Shown: positions 27,600 through 35,777 of the stretch, piece by piece
Position numbering within the stretch: the first letter of the stretch is position 1
Layout of the letters: each line of letters opens with the position of its first letter
Assembly (NCBI GenBank): GCA_027622665.1
Contig: JAQBYT010000006.1
Location: 32,001-96,000 of the forward strand
Length of the DNA: 64,000 nt
Source of the DNA: Verrucomicrobiota bacterium
GTDB taxonomy: Bacteria > Verrucomicrobiota > Verrucomicrobiia > Opitutales > Seribacteraceae
Direction of reading: 5' to 3'
Program-made: the position numbers and the translations under genes
Notes under the pieces: generated by a model
What the model was told of the DNA's origin: nothing
Databases searched by the model: none
Seen by the model: the letters and a program-made list of their open reading frames with translations, nothing else

Positions 27600-27669
27600 T
27601 CACTCCACCCCCTCGTATCTCTCGGACATACATCCCGCCATCAGCAGGGCGACGAAGTAACTTCTTCAT
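27600..27669 (-). pseudogene. stub of a lipoprotein gene (signal peptide only, frameshifted)
   Basis: ATG AAG AAG TTA CTT gives MKKLL; after a one-base shift it reads VALLMAGC MSERYEGVE* (lipobox LMAGC). It ends at the 63-bp repeat. Confidence 0.55.
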
Positions 27670-27736
27670 CCTTCCATCGGATACCAGCGGGTTTTCAGGT
27701 CAAGCCTAGTGATCAGGGAGAAGTCTCGCGACGCCT
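27667..27736 (-). repeat. shared promoter-like/boundary module, copy 2
   Basis: Partner of 25460-25524. Confidence 0.8.
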
Positions 27737-27750
27737 GCGCGTTGCTTTAG

Positions 27751-28917
27751 TCAGAACTTGATTTTGCAGTTCGGCAGGGCCTTCTTGAGCATGGTTTGTT
27801 GAGTGCCGGTAATTTTATTTCCGTTGAGGTGCAATTCGGTCAGTTTGTTAAGACCTGCAATCGGCGTGACGTCGGTGACTTGGTTGTCGCTGATCCACAA
27901 TGTCTCCAGTTTGGTTAAGCTCTTCAAGGGGATGAGGTCCGTGACTCGGTTGTTGCTGAGAGTCAGCGTGGTCAGTTCGGTCAGATTTGCCAATGGAGCG
28001 ATATCCGTGATTTGATTTTTCGGGAGGTAGAGTTTGGTGAGTCGGTTCAACCCCGCCAGCGGTTTTACATCGGTGATTTGGTTGCCGAGCAGTACAAGTT
28101 TTGTCAGGCTTTTCAGATTCGCCAGTGGGCGAAGGTCCGTGATTTGGTTTTTTGGGAGGTAGAGCTTGGTTAGCTTGTTCAATCTCGCCAGTGGCGTGAG
28201 GTCTGTGACTCGGTTGCCGACAAGCACCAGTTTGGTTAAGTTTTTCAATCCGGCCAGTGGGGTGACGTCGGTGATTTGGTTGCCCCAAAGGTCTAGTTCT
28301 TCCAGATTTGTTAGTTTTGCCAGTGGAGAGATGTCTGTGATCCTGTTGTTCCATAGGTCGAGTTCCTCCAACTTGGTTAGTTCCGCCAGTGGAGAGATAT
28401 CGCTAATTCCGTTGCTTACGAAGCGTGCGTAGGTAGCCCCTATTTCCTCGGCCCTGTGAATCTGGGCCAAAACGGCAGATCCCCCTCGGGCTTTGAGCTC
28501 GGCCACACCTCCGTCTCGTCCCTTTGCTTCCTCGGCGAGTGACTTTGCCTTTTCGTCCTGCATTTTTGCTTCCTCCTCGGCAATGTAACGGGCTTCCATC
28601 TCGGCCAGCGCCTTTCCCTCCACCTCTTTGAGCCTTTTCGCATCCACTTCGTCCCGGCTCTTCTCCTCAACTGCAGTAAGTCTCATAGCCTCCTCTGCTC
28701 TCCTCTTTTCAGCTGTAATGAAAATGGGGTTCGGATGGCCGCATCCCGGGCATTCGTGGGCTTGCTTGGAGATGCCATTCCCGCAAGCCTCGCACTTCCC
28801 GATCAGCGATTGTTCGGATGCCCGTCCTTCGCTGGTTTTGCCTGAATCGTCATTCACCAGATCGCAGGCCGAGAATAATAATGCGGGTATTGCGATGACT
28901 GTATGAAGTAGCTTCAT
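27751..28917 (-). CDS. lipoprotein with zinc ribbon, coiled coil and 9 internalin-like 22-aa LRRs
   Basis: Lipobox LFSAC; CEAC-x10-CPGC; repeats (I/V)TDxxPLAxLxxLxxLxLxxN; cap LKKALPNCKIKF. Confidence 0.92.
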   Translation of the reverse strand: MKLLHTVIAIPALLFSACDLVNDDSGKTSEGRASEQSLIGKCEACGNGISKQAHECPGCGHPNPIFITAEKRRAEEAMRLTAVEEKSRDEVDAKRLKEVEGKALAEMEARYIAEEEAKMQDEKAKSLAEEAKGRDGGVAELKARGGSAVLAQIHRAEEIGATYARFVSNGISDISPLAELTKLEELDLWNNRITDISPLAKLTNLEELDLWGNQITDVTPLAGLKNLTKLVLVGNRVTDLTPLARLNKLTKLYLPKNQITDLRPLANLKSLTKLVLLGNQITDVKPLAGLNRLTKLYLPKNQITDIAPLANLTELTTLTLSNNRVTDLIPLKSLTKLETLWISDNQVTDVTPIAGLNKLTELHLNGNKITGTQQTMLKKALPNCKIKF

Positions 28918-29020
28918 TGCCTCAACTATAAGTCGGTTGTGGTTTCCATCAAACTCTTGCTCCTCTCGATAAAGAGATTAGATGAGGGCTGTTTCGGGAC
29001 GCCTTTCAACTTATTTATAT

Positions 29021-29743
29021 TCAGAAGGAGATTTTACAGTTCGGAAGGGCTCTCCTGAGCATGGCCTTCTGGGCTTCGGTAGTTGTGTTCCCTTCGATAC
29101 TCAATTCACGAAGGTTGGTCATACCCGCAAGGGGCGTGACGGCAATAACTCGGTTTTGACCGAGGTTCAGTTCTTCCAACTTGGTCAGCCCCGTCAGGGG
29201 GGTGACGTCGGTGATTCGATTCTTACTGAGGAACAGCCTCTTCAAGTTCGTCAAACCCGCCAACGGCGTGAGATCCTTGATTTGATTTCCGTAGAGCTGT
29301 AGCTCGGCCAGGTTGGTCAATCCAGCCAGAGGCGTGAGGTCTGTGATCTCGTTATCATAAAGGCTTAGGAGCGTAAGTTGGGGCAACTCCGCAAGTGATG
29401 TTAGGTCGCGGATTTGGTTGCCGTAGAGGTATAGTTTGGTTTCACCGTCCTCCTTCGCTTGACGAATCTTGGATAGCGTATCCTGACCGCCTTTAGCCAT
29501 TACTGCATCTTCCTCTGCCAGTTGCATGGCATTCTTTTGAGCCTCAAGAAAATCGGGGTTTGGATGACCGCAACGCGGACAGCCTTTGGCTTGCTTGGAG
29601 ATGCCATTCCCGCAAGCCTCGCACTTCGTCATGAGAGATTGGTCGCCCGACTCTTCTTCCCTCCCTACCTCCAGGCGATCTCCGCTTCCGCACCCAGAAA
29701 ACAACGATAATGCGACTAGGATTCCCAGATATAATAACTTCAT
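29021..29743 (-). CDS. paralogous lipoprotein with zinc ribbon and ~5 LRRs
   Basis: Lipobox LFSGC; CEAC-x10-CPRC; 22-aa LRRs; cap LRRALPNCKISF. Confidence 0.92.
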   Translation of the reverse strand: MKLLYLGILVALSLFSGCGSGDRLEVGREEESGDQSLMTKCEACGNGISKQAKGCPRCGHPNPDFLEAQKNAMQLAEEDAVMAKGGQDTLSKIRQAKEDGETKLYLYGNQIRDLTSLAELPQLTLLSLYDNEITDLTPLAGLTNLAELQLYGNQIKDLTPLAGLTNLKRLFLSKNRITDVTPLTGLTKLEELNLGQNRVIAVTPLAGMTNLRELSIEGNTTTEAQKAMLRRALPNCKISF

Positions 29744-29779
29744 TCCCTCAACCTAGAAAGCGGAAGGGATTAGAGTCAA
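29744..29779 (-). promoter_or_regulatory. putative leaderless-type promoter of the LRR gene
   Basis: Minus strand TTGACT-N18-TAGGTT-N6-ATG. Confidence 0.45.
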
Positions 29780-29829
29780 GGTAGTGGGTGCTGCGGCTAG
29801 AAGTTTGTAGTGCTTTGGCAAGCGTCGAA

Positions 29830-31116
29830 TCAATTGGAACCAGTCGAGAGGCAGACGGCTTCCTTGGTGCTTCTTGCGAAGACTCGACCGTCGCTCAAGA
29901 CGGGAGTACTCCAGCACTTTCCTGTGATTACTTTGCGACGGGCCAATTCCTCGTAGCCTTTCGGCGATGCTGAGACCACGGCGAGTTCGCCGTTGTCGGC
30001 CAGAGCAAGCAGCTTGTCTCCTGCGAGGATGACGTTGCCGGGCCCGTAACCGTCTTCAGACCACTTCACTTCACCGGTCTTCATTTCCACGCATTGAAGG
30101 GGGCCCTTGCCGTACTGCTTGAAGCCGAACATCCCGTACAAGTGGCCGTCGTGGTAGACGGGTGTGCTCCAGTGATTGATCAACTTGTTTGATTTGCGCC
30201 AGATCTCGGTCGAGGCGAAGGAGGAACCTTTCTTGGCGATTTTATAGAGTCCGGCTCCCACTCCATAACCGGCGGAGCAGTATACGAGATCGCCGGCAAC
30301 GATTGGCGAGGCGGCCGTGGATACGGCAAATCGGAACTTTTGTCGCCACAGTTCCTTGCCCGTGGATGCGTCGACGGAGACGATTCCCGAGACGCAAAAG
30401 AAGAGGACTTGGCGTACGCCGTGAATAGTGGCGGCTATAGGCGTGGCGTGAGTTATTGTTTCGTCGCCACTCTTCCAGACGCTCTTTCCGGTTGCACGAT
30501 CAAAGGCTAGAAAGGTTTGTCCTGCGCCGCCGCCGTAGACGATTACGTTGTTTCCTTCCAGCAAGGGGCCGGATGCGTTGTCCCACTTGATGGGAGTTCC
30601 CGAGTGTTCCTTTATGACGGATACCTTCCAGATTTCCTTACCGTTCGATGCATCGAAGCAATAAAGGTTCATGTCGGCATCGTAGACCCAAGCCTTGCCG
30701 TCTGCGGCGGATGGGGTGGAGCGTGGACCATCGCCGCCCTTGTTGTCCGAAGCTCCGGAGTCTCCTCCTCCTCGACCGAAATCGAGGCGATCCAATTTCG
30801 CCGCCCAGACTTCCTTCCCCGTCTTGACGTCGAGGGCTAGGCAGAATTCTTGCTTCAGGCCATCCTCGTCCGTCCTCCCGACAAGAGTGAACGCTCGCCC
30901 GCCGGAAACACTGAAAGAGCTGAAGCCAAGTGGCGTGTCCGCCTTCCATGCTTGGGAGGCTGGCTTATTGAGCCACGCGGCGGAGGCCAGTGTTTCCTGT
31001 GCTTTGTTGTCGGAATTGGCTCCGTGGTATTGGTTCCACTCGGCGGCTCCCAAACCATTTGCTCCGAAGAGAGCCAGCGTTAATAGTAGATGATTTGCTT
31101 TAAACTGCGATTGCAT
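29830..31116 (-). CDS. PQQ-binding-like beta-propeller protein (BamB-like repeats)
   Basis: Signal peptide, WNQYHG, GPRSTP, repeated (L/F)DxxTG/NGKEVW blades, KCWSTPVLSDGRVFAR. Confidence 0.9.
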   Translation of the reverse strand: MQSQFKANHLLLTLALFGANGLGAAEWNQYHGANSDNKAQETLASAAWLNKPASQAWKADTPLGFSSFSVSGGRAFTLVGRTDEDGLKQEFCLALDVKTGKEVWAAKLDRLDFGRGGGDSGASDNKGGDGPRSTPSAADGKAWVYDADMNLYCFDASNGKEIWKVSVIKEHSGTPIKWDNASGPLLEGNNVIVYGGGAGQTFLAFDRATGKSVWKSGDETITHATPIAATIHGVRQVLFFCVSGIVSVDASTGKELWRQKFRFAVSTAASPIVAGDLVYCSAGYGVGAGLYKIAKKGSSFASTEIWRKSNKLINHWSTPVYHDGHLYGMFGFKQYGKGPLQCVEMKTGEVKWSEDGYGPGNVILAGDKLLALADNGELAVVSASPKGYEELARRKVITGKCWSTPVLSDGRVFARSTKEAVCLSTGSN

Positions 31117-31196
31117 GAGGCTGATTTGTTGATAGTCAGTATTCTTTATCTATTTTCTCGCTGATTTTTCAAACCTATTTGACCACCCTTTCGTAG

Positions 31197-32168
31197 ATGA
31201 CTGAAAAGACCTTTGACTATAACTGTTGGCCTGAGTCTATTCGGGTCGTTGACTCCCACACGGGCGGAGAGCCCACTCGTGTTGTTGTTTCCGGTGGTCC
31301 CGACCTCGGCTCGGGCAGTCTGGCGGACCGTCGCGAACGATTACGCGACGAATTTGATGACTTTAGGGCAGCCGTCGTACTTGAACCGCGCGGAACAGAC
31401 GTCTTGGTGGGCGGTTTATTGGTGGAACCTTCCGAACTCGATTGCGTTGCAGGTATTATATTCTTCAACAACGTCGGAGTTCTAAACATGTGTGGTCACG
31501 GTACGATTGGTTTGGCCGCAACTTTGGCCCATCTCGGTCGCGTTGACAAGGGAGTGCATCGTTTGGATACGCCCGTAGGTTCGGTGGGGATCGAATTACA
31601 TGACAACAACGAGGTAAGCGTCGAGAACGTGCCGAGCTATCGATTCGCACGAAACGTGACCATCGAAGTGGAGGGGCATGGTCCTTTGTCGGGCGACGTG
31701 GCGTGGGGTGGCAATTGGTTTTTTCTCGTGGAGGATCACGGTCAAGTGATTCAAGCGGGAAACGTCGAACAACTGTCCGTTTTTACGCGCCGTATTCGAG
31801 CGGCCCTGGATCGTGAAGGTGTGACTGGAGAAGGTGGGGGCGAAATCGACCACATCGAGCTTTTTGCCCCAACCGACAACCCTGCCGCCGATTCTCGTAA
31901 TTTCGTGCTTTGCCCGGGAGGAGCATACGACAGATCGCCCTGTGGCACGGGTACAAGCGCCAAGCTGGCTTGCCTTATCGCGGATGGTAAACTTTCTCCC
32001 GGGGAAACTTGGCGGCAGGAAAGCGTGATCGGCAGCATCTTCGAGGCGACGGGAAAACTGGATGGAGACAAAGTCATCCCGACGATTCGCGGTTCCGCTT
32101 ATGTAACCGGCGAGGGAACTCTATTCTTTGATTCCAAAGACCCCTTTCGCATCGGTATCTCGACATGA
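31197..32168 (+). CDS. 4-hydroxyproline 2-epimerase (proline racemase family)
   Basis: [10 protein letters not shown], both catalytic Cys motifs ([16 protein letters not shown]). Aliphatic DVLVG rather than aromatic DMFG favours Hyp epimerase. Confidence 0.9.
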   Translation: MTEKTFDYNCWPESIRVVDSHTGGEPTRVVVSGGPDLGSGSLADRRERLRDEFDDFRAAVVLEPRGTDVLVGGLLVEPSELDCVAGIIFFNNVGVLNMCGHGTIGLAATLAHLGRVDKGVHRLDTPVGSVGIELHDNNEVSVENVPSYRFARNVTIEVEGHGPLSGDVAWGGNWFFLVEDHGQVIQAGNVEQLSVFTRRIRAALDREGVTGEGGGEIDHIELFAPTDNPAADSRNFVLCPGGAYDRSPCGTGTSAKLACLIADGKLSPGETWRQESVIGSIFEATGKLDGDKVIPTIRGSAYVTGEGTLFFDSKDPFRIGIST

Positions 32169-33418
32169 ACGATTCGGCTAAGCCCGTCCTTGTTGTGGGC
32201 GGCGGTGTTATTGGCGCTGCATGCGCCCACTACCTTGCGGAGGCCGGCTTGAAGGTCGTTGTCATCGACCGTGAACTTTTCGGGGAGGGCTGTTCCTTGC
32301 ACAATTGCGGTTACGTCTGCCCTAGTCACATATTGCCTCTTACCGAACCGGGAGCCGTTGGAGCCACCCTTCGTGGGATGCTCAAACCGAACTCGCCTTT
32401 TTCCGTCAAACTTCGGGCGGACCTGCGTTTGGCTCATTGGTTTTTTCGTTTCGCTCTTCGTTGCAACGAGACGGACATGTTGGTCGGAGCCAAAGCTATT
32501 CACCCTCTCCTCAAGTCCTCCATGTCCTTGTACCGGGAGCTGATGACCAATGAGGGGTTTGACTGTGATTGGCAGGAGAAAGGGCTGCTCTACGTTTACG
32601 AGTCCAAAGAAAAATTCGAGAGCTACAGCAAGGTCAATGAACTCCTGACTCGGAAATTCGAAGAACCCGCAGTTCGCTTGGAAGGTGACGCTCTTTACGA
32701 TCTTGAACCTGCTCTAAAACCCGGTCTTGCCGGAGGGTGGCATTACGAGGGCGACGCCCACCTGCGTTCCGACATGCTCATGACTTCATGGAAGGCGTCG
32801 TTGCTGAGCAAGGGGGTCGAAATTATGGAGAATTGTTCGCTCAATGGCTTGCGGGACATGGAAGATGCAGGCATCGTGGCGGAAACCGATTCCGGAGAGA
32901 TAGAGGCAAGTCACGTCGTGATGGCGACAGGCGCTCTTTCCCCCAAGCTGGCCAAGGTCATTGGTTGGAGAGCTCCTATACAGCCGGGGAAGGGTTACTC
33001 GCTCACCATGCCCCGACCGAAAACTTGTCCGGAGATTCCTCTCGTCTTTCCCGAAACCCGCGTCGCGGTTACACCTTTTTCGTCAGGATATCGGCTCGGC
33101 TCCACCATGGAGTTTAGTGGCTACGACGAAACCCTTAACCCAAAGCGGGTCGATTTGCTACGAAAGGGAGCCGAACGCTTTTTGCTAGAACCTTATTGCG
33201 AGCCAATCGAGACCACTTGGTATGGTTGGCGACCGATGACTTACGACAGCGTCCCCATAATCGGTGCCTGCCCGGGACGCCCCAAGGTAACGATTGCGAC
33301 AGGGCACAATATGCTGGGGCTCAGCATGGCCCCTGCCACGGGTAAATTGGTCGCCGAGTTGGTGACGGGAGAAACTCCGCACCTGACTCCGGAGCCTTAT
33401 TCGCCGGACAGGTTTTAA
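32165..33418 (+). CDS. FAD-dependent D-amino acid dehydrogenase (DadA-like; probable D-hydroxyproline dehydrogenase)
   Basis: [53 protein letters not shown]-coupled to the epimerase gene. Confidence 0.88.
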   Translation: MNDSAKPVLVVGGGVIGAACAHYLAEAGLKVVVIDRELFGEGCSLHNCGYVCPSHILPLTEPGAVGATLRGMLKPNSPFSVKLRADLRLAHWFFRFALRCNETDMLVGAKAIHPLLKSSMSLYRELMTNEGFDCDWQEKGLLYVYESKEKFESYSKVNELLTRKFEEPAVRLEGDALYDLEPALKPGLAGGWHYEGDAHLRSDMLMTSWKASLLSKGVEIMENCSLNGLRDMEDAGIVAETDSGEIEASHVVMATGALSPKLAKVIGWRAPIQPGKGYSLTMPRPKTCPEIPLVFPETRVAVTPFSSGYRLGSTMEFSGYDETLNPKRVDLLRKGAERFLLEPYCEPIETTWYGWRPMTYDSVPIIGACPGRPKVTIATGHNMLGLSMAPATGKLVAELVTGETPHLTPEPYSPDRF

Positions 33419-34827
33419 GAAGTTAACAGCAGGTAGGCCACCGCAAGAACCAACTGAATGACGGCGTAGGGTAGGGCGATTTTCACGAAGCCCGCAAAAG
33501 ACAATTTCAGTTCGTACTTGTGGATGATCGTGACCGCCACGAGAGTTGAGGCCGAGCCGATCGGCGTAATGTTTCCGCCTAGGTTGGCGCCGAAGATCAC
33601 TGCCCACCAGTAGGGGCTGTCGGGATTTGCCGCTAGTTCGGGAATTCCTGCTAGAATTTTTGCGAGCATGGCTGCAAGGGGAATGTTGTCGGTTACGGAA
33701 CTGGCGACTGCCGAGGCCACCAAAAGCGATGCGGGGCCGGCGGAATCACCAAGCCCGAGGATCGGCTTTAGCCACTCTCCAATCAGGCCCAGCACCTGTG
33801 CGTGTTCCATGACGTTGATGACCGCGAAAAGACAGACGAAGAAAAACAGGAGATCCCAGTCGATTGTCTTGTAGAATCGATCGGCGACTGATTTGTAGCG
33901 AATGAGCATGAGTCCGGCGAAAGCCAGAGCCACGAAACCCAAGCCCAACTCGTTGATAACCGGCAATTGCGAGGTCATCGCCACGGTACCGATGAAGACA
34001 AAGGTCATGAGGGCCCCGAAACGGAAAAATCCCGGAGACTCAATCCCCTCGTTTTCATCGAAGCCTGCCACAAGAGCTTTGGCGGAGGCTCGTTCCTCAT
34101 CGCTTTTGAGTGAGCTGATCTTGAAGAGTTTTGCTCCCATCCAAAGGGTCACGATAGTTGAGACGATGACGTAGGGGGCCGCCTTCATGAAAAAGTCTAC
34201 GAACTCTATGCCTGCTGTTTTGCCGACGATGATGTTGGGCACGGAGGAAATCAGCGTGAGCAACCCCCCGACGTTGGTCAGCAATCCTTCGATCAGCAAG
34301 AAACCGAGCAACTTCTCTGATCGGTTTAGCTTTTTCAGGGAAACACCCGACAGGGAACCGACGATTATCATAGCCGTGACGTTGTTCAACACGGCCGAAA
34401 AAATTACGGTCATCACCCCGTAGAGCACGAGCAAGCGAAGAGGATCGCCGCCCGACAACTTGGTCAGTTTCACCGCCACCCAGGTGAAGAGTCCCGATTT
34501 GCTGGTAATATCTACGAAGAGCGAGGATCCGAGAATGATGGCGATCACTTCCCAATCCACTCCTGGGACGTATATGGGAAGAGAGACTGGATGGCCTCCT
34601 ATGACCAAACTGCCGACGTCTGCAAACGGAAGAAGGTGAAACCAAGTGCCAATAAAGAGAGCCAGAATGCTGAACACTCCGACGATGACCGATTTCTTTG
34701 CGTGAATTTTTTCTTCTAAGGCGAGACATAGGATCATGCCTACGAGCAAAGCTAGAAAAAGGTAGGTCACGCCGGGGTCGACGGCATGCCCGGAGGCAGA
34801 CGCTAGAATCGGAGGGGAAATGCTCAC
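33415..34827 (-). CDS. SLC13/ArsB/NhaD (ion transporter superfamily) permease
   Basis: About 12 TM segments; SAVLNNVTA, IDWDLLFFF, SSVTDNIP, GANLGGNITPIGSAS. Confidence 0.9.
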   Translation of the reverse strand: MSISPPILASASGHAVDPGVTYLFLALLVGMILCLALEEKIHAKKSVIVGVFSILALFIGTWFHLLPFADVGSLVIGGHPVSLPIYVPGVDWEVIAIILGSSLFVDITSKSGLFTWVAVKLTKLSGGDPLRLLVLYGVMTVIFSAVLNNVTAMIIVGSLSGVSLKKLNRSEKLLGFLLIEGLLTNVGGLLTLISSVPNIIVGKTAGIEFVDFFMKAAPYVIVSTIVTLWMGAKLFKISSLKSDEERASAKALVAGFDENEGIESPGFFRFGALMTFVFIGTVAMTSQLPVINELGLGFVALAFAGLMLIRYKSVADRFYKTIDWDLLFFFVCLFAVINVMEHAQVLGLIGEWLKPILGLGDSAGPASLLVASAVASSVTDNIPLAAMLAKILAGIPELAANPDSPYWWAVIFGANLGGNITPIGSASTLVAVTIIHKYELKLSFAGFVKIALPYAVIQLVLAVAYLLLTS

Positions 34828-35684
34828 AGCAACAGAATGGGAACGGATCTAAGCTCGACTGCTAGAGGGTGCGCCATCCCGTGCATCGCCATTTGATCTT
34901 CTTCCTTTGCGTGCATCACGAGTAGGTCGACATGGTCTTCCTCGATTAGGCGCCGGTAGTCCTCGAGTCGTCGGCCTACCTTGGCCGTGCCTTCCACGTC
35001 GATCTCGAGATTGGCTTCAGCCAAACCGGTTCGAGCGGCTTCGGCAAAGTCTTTTGCATCCTTCAGTAGGCGTGTGAGAATGTTTTCCTTCGCGACTTCG
35101 GTGTCGATTTCGGGAATCTTCCCGATGGCTTCGAGATAGCGATTGAGAGTCGATTCATCCTCGATGTGGCTAAGCAGAAGCTTTCCTCCTTTGGGGGTGA
35201 ACGCGGCGGCATACTGAACGAGGCTACCTTCTCCGCAAAGATGGCCTGATACCGCCATTATCTTCTTCGGTGGGTTGGCGAGCAGTTCCACACTGTCGTC
35301 CCGGTCGGGGTGAGGAAGGACGAGTACGGGTGCGGTCATGACCTGAGTCAGGACATCGAGGTATTCGCCGAGACTGTATGGCCATCTCCAAGCCTCGCTG
35401 CGTAGGTTGCGGTAAGTTACAAGCAGTTCCGGTTGGTGTTGTTCCACATTCTCCAAAAGATCTTTCACGCTTTTGTAGTCGTTCTTGTGGAGAACTATCC
35501 AATCCGTATCATTTTCGGGTAGAATCTCGCCGAGGAAGTTTCGGACGGTTTGCAGGTATAGGGCCGCTTGAGAGTTGTCGAGGTCGGTCACCAGAACCAC
35601 CTTCCCCAAGGAGGGTGCCTCGTGGAGGTAGGTCGTTTTGGCTGCGGCTTTGAAGACGCTCTCGAATTGATCAACGGTGCTCAT
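34824..35684 (-). CDS. universal stress protein-like (tandem degenerate USP domains)
   Basis: Two units ending APVLVLP and VDLLVM...SVPILLL. GTGA-coupled to the permease gene. Confidence 0.65.
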   Translation of the reverse strand: MSTVDQFESVFKAAAKTTYLHEAPSLGKVVLVTDLDNSQAALYLQTVRNFLGEILPENDTDWIVLHKNDYKSVKDLLENVEQHQPELLVTYRNLRSEAWRWPYSLGEYLDVLTQVMTAPVLVLPHPDRDDSVELLANPPKKIMAVSGHLCGEGSLVQYAAAFTPKGGKLLLSHIEDESTLNRYLEAIGKIPEIDTEVAKENILTRLLKDAKDFAEAARTGLAEANLEIDVEGTAKVGRRLEDYRRLIEEDHVDLLVMHAKEEDQMAMHGMAHPLAVELRSVPILLL

Positions 35685-35777
35685 TCAATAGGTAATCTAT
35701 CCCTATCAAATGAGAACCTGAAAAGTTGCAACATTATAAGGCGCTTGCTCTTGGTTCACGGAAGGCTTTTTTGATAG

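Larger units (their letters stand above)
25370..29790. mobile_element. accessory island / remnant cassette array adjoining a tRNA 3' fragment (no integrase in window)
   Basis: tRNA scar, AT-richer ORFan, several internal repeats, truncated gene stubs and tandem LRR paralogs. The right boundary is approximate. Confidence 0.6.

Noticed and set aside
27800..29430. LRR genes as DGR targets
   Set aside because: No reverse transcriptase and no template/variable repeat pair with adenine-specific differences; the 66-nt periodicity is ordinary LRR coding.
29830..31116. Calling the PQQ-type propellers (here and at 47808-49067) PQQ dehydrogenases or true BamB
   Set aside because: Only the generic blade repeat is evident; no catalytic or contextual evidence.
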